Source: Phoronis australis (taxonomy: Eukaryota > Animalia > Phoronida). From it: a stretch of 64,000 nt of DNA. The stretch's first letter is position 1, and each line of letters starts with the position of its first letter. The notes under the pieces are model-generated. The model worked only from the letters and a program-made list of their open reading frames with translations, had not been told where the DNA came from and searched no databases. Positions 63,063-64,000 of the stretch are shown piece after piece. The stretch lies in NCBI GenBank assembly GCA_002633005.1, contig NMRA01000601.1, positions 169,463 to 233,462 of the forward strand. The letters are read 5' to 3'. A program made the translations under genes and the position numbers.

Positions 63063-64000
63063 CTATATAATGTAAAAAATTAGAAGGGATCAATTTTGGT
63101 AATAGTCTTTTAGAGGGTGTCTCGCATTAGGAGAACCAGTTTTCTCCGCTGAATAACGTGGTTCTGAAACTCCGGAAGAATTGGACGTGACTGCAGCTGC
63201 TTTTTGGCTATGAGAAGAACCAAAGTCCTCACTCTAGACCATACGCATAGAATCACCAAATACGCCAAGACAATAAGCAATTTGTTGCCGATGGTCTCCA
63301 GCAATGACGTCCCATCAGTTCTTTCCATCATTTCTATTTTAAGTTAAGAACAAACTGACACCAGGTAACTAACGATAAATGGCTTAAAGCAGCTACGTAC
63401 AGTTGTGAAACCGGACTCTTCTTGTTTTCAACTCAGGTGAGAAGTGATTGAACGTGAGAAGAACTGACATTTCTTTTCTGCGCGAGACTGCAGTAAGCTT
63501 GGCCACCAGCTGGTTCCAGGGCCGTAGGAAGCGGGGGGGGGCCGGGGGGGCCCGTGCCCCCCAAAAATTTTCAGCGTATAAGCTTCTGCAACATTGTATT
63601 TTGATTTGAAGTACAGTTTTCTCAGACTTATAACGAAATTGAAGAATCTGACTTAGTTAACAGAAAAACACCATAAAAACGGTTGGATCAGGCAGCTTTT
63701 ATTTCGCCAAAGAATCGTTTCCCAAGACTGCAGAACAAGACATCAAGTTGATGTTTGGCGTCGTCGGCAAAGTGAAGACCTCACGTGTGTCCGGTAAGTG
63801 TTACATTATATCTAGCAGTAGCGCGTGCAGTTCTAAGCTTGAACTTTGGTGTTCAGTGCATTATTCGAGATGTCGACCACAATGGAGGTAATTGAGTTTT
63901 CTAACGTTGTGGAGTTGTTTTTACTGTTCATTGTGATTGTCGCATGCACGTTATAGCAGGAAACTGGAGTAAATTTCGATCAGTGGTCACAAATTCTGTA

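Noticed and set aside
63110-63331. Hydrophobic ORF ending in ...ILCVW that looked like paralog B exon 7
   Set aside because: No good acceptor in the needed phase, a poor donor, no similarity to gene A exon 7, and its upstream flank aligns with gene A intron 7 (about 46660-46800).

Overview
AT-rich (about 39% GC by eye) metazoan, probably invertebrate, genomic DNA from a draft assembly, with N-gaps at 3473-4458, 38863-38871 and 58618-58665. Most ORF-track entries are spurious because the genes are spliced. Main content: (1) a complete 11-coding-exon SLC22/organic cation transporter-like MFS gene on + (26925-50539, about 566 or 582 aa), rebuilt by hand with consistent splice phases and one GC-AG intron; (2) the last four coding exons of a close paralog on - (63062-59821), arranged tail-to-tail; (3) a candidate orphan spliced gene on - between them (53725-54963); (4) many decayed DNA transposons. 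These include an intron-containing hAT transposase relic in intron 2, a 7.7-kb ISL2EU-type relic (THAP + DDE) in intron 4 with nested THAP, HIRAN and MITE insertions, several MITE families with 5-bp TSDs, CWG-TSD MITEs, an antisense solo LTR, and two tiny hairpins with 7-bp TSDs that look like P-element excision footprints. Both transporters carry a neutral Ser at the TM11 position that is Asp in OCTs and Arg in OATs. All protein family assignments come from motif recognition by eye, not database searches. No rRNA, intact tRNA or CRISPR array was found.
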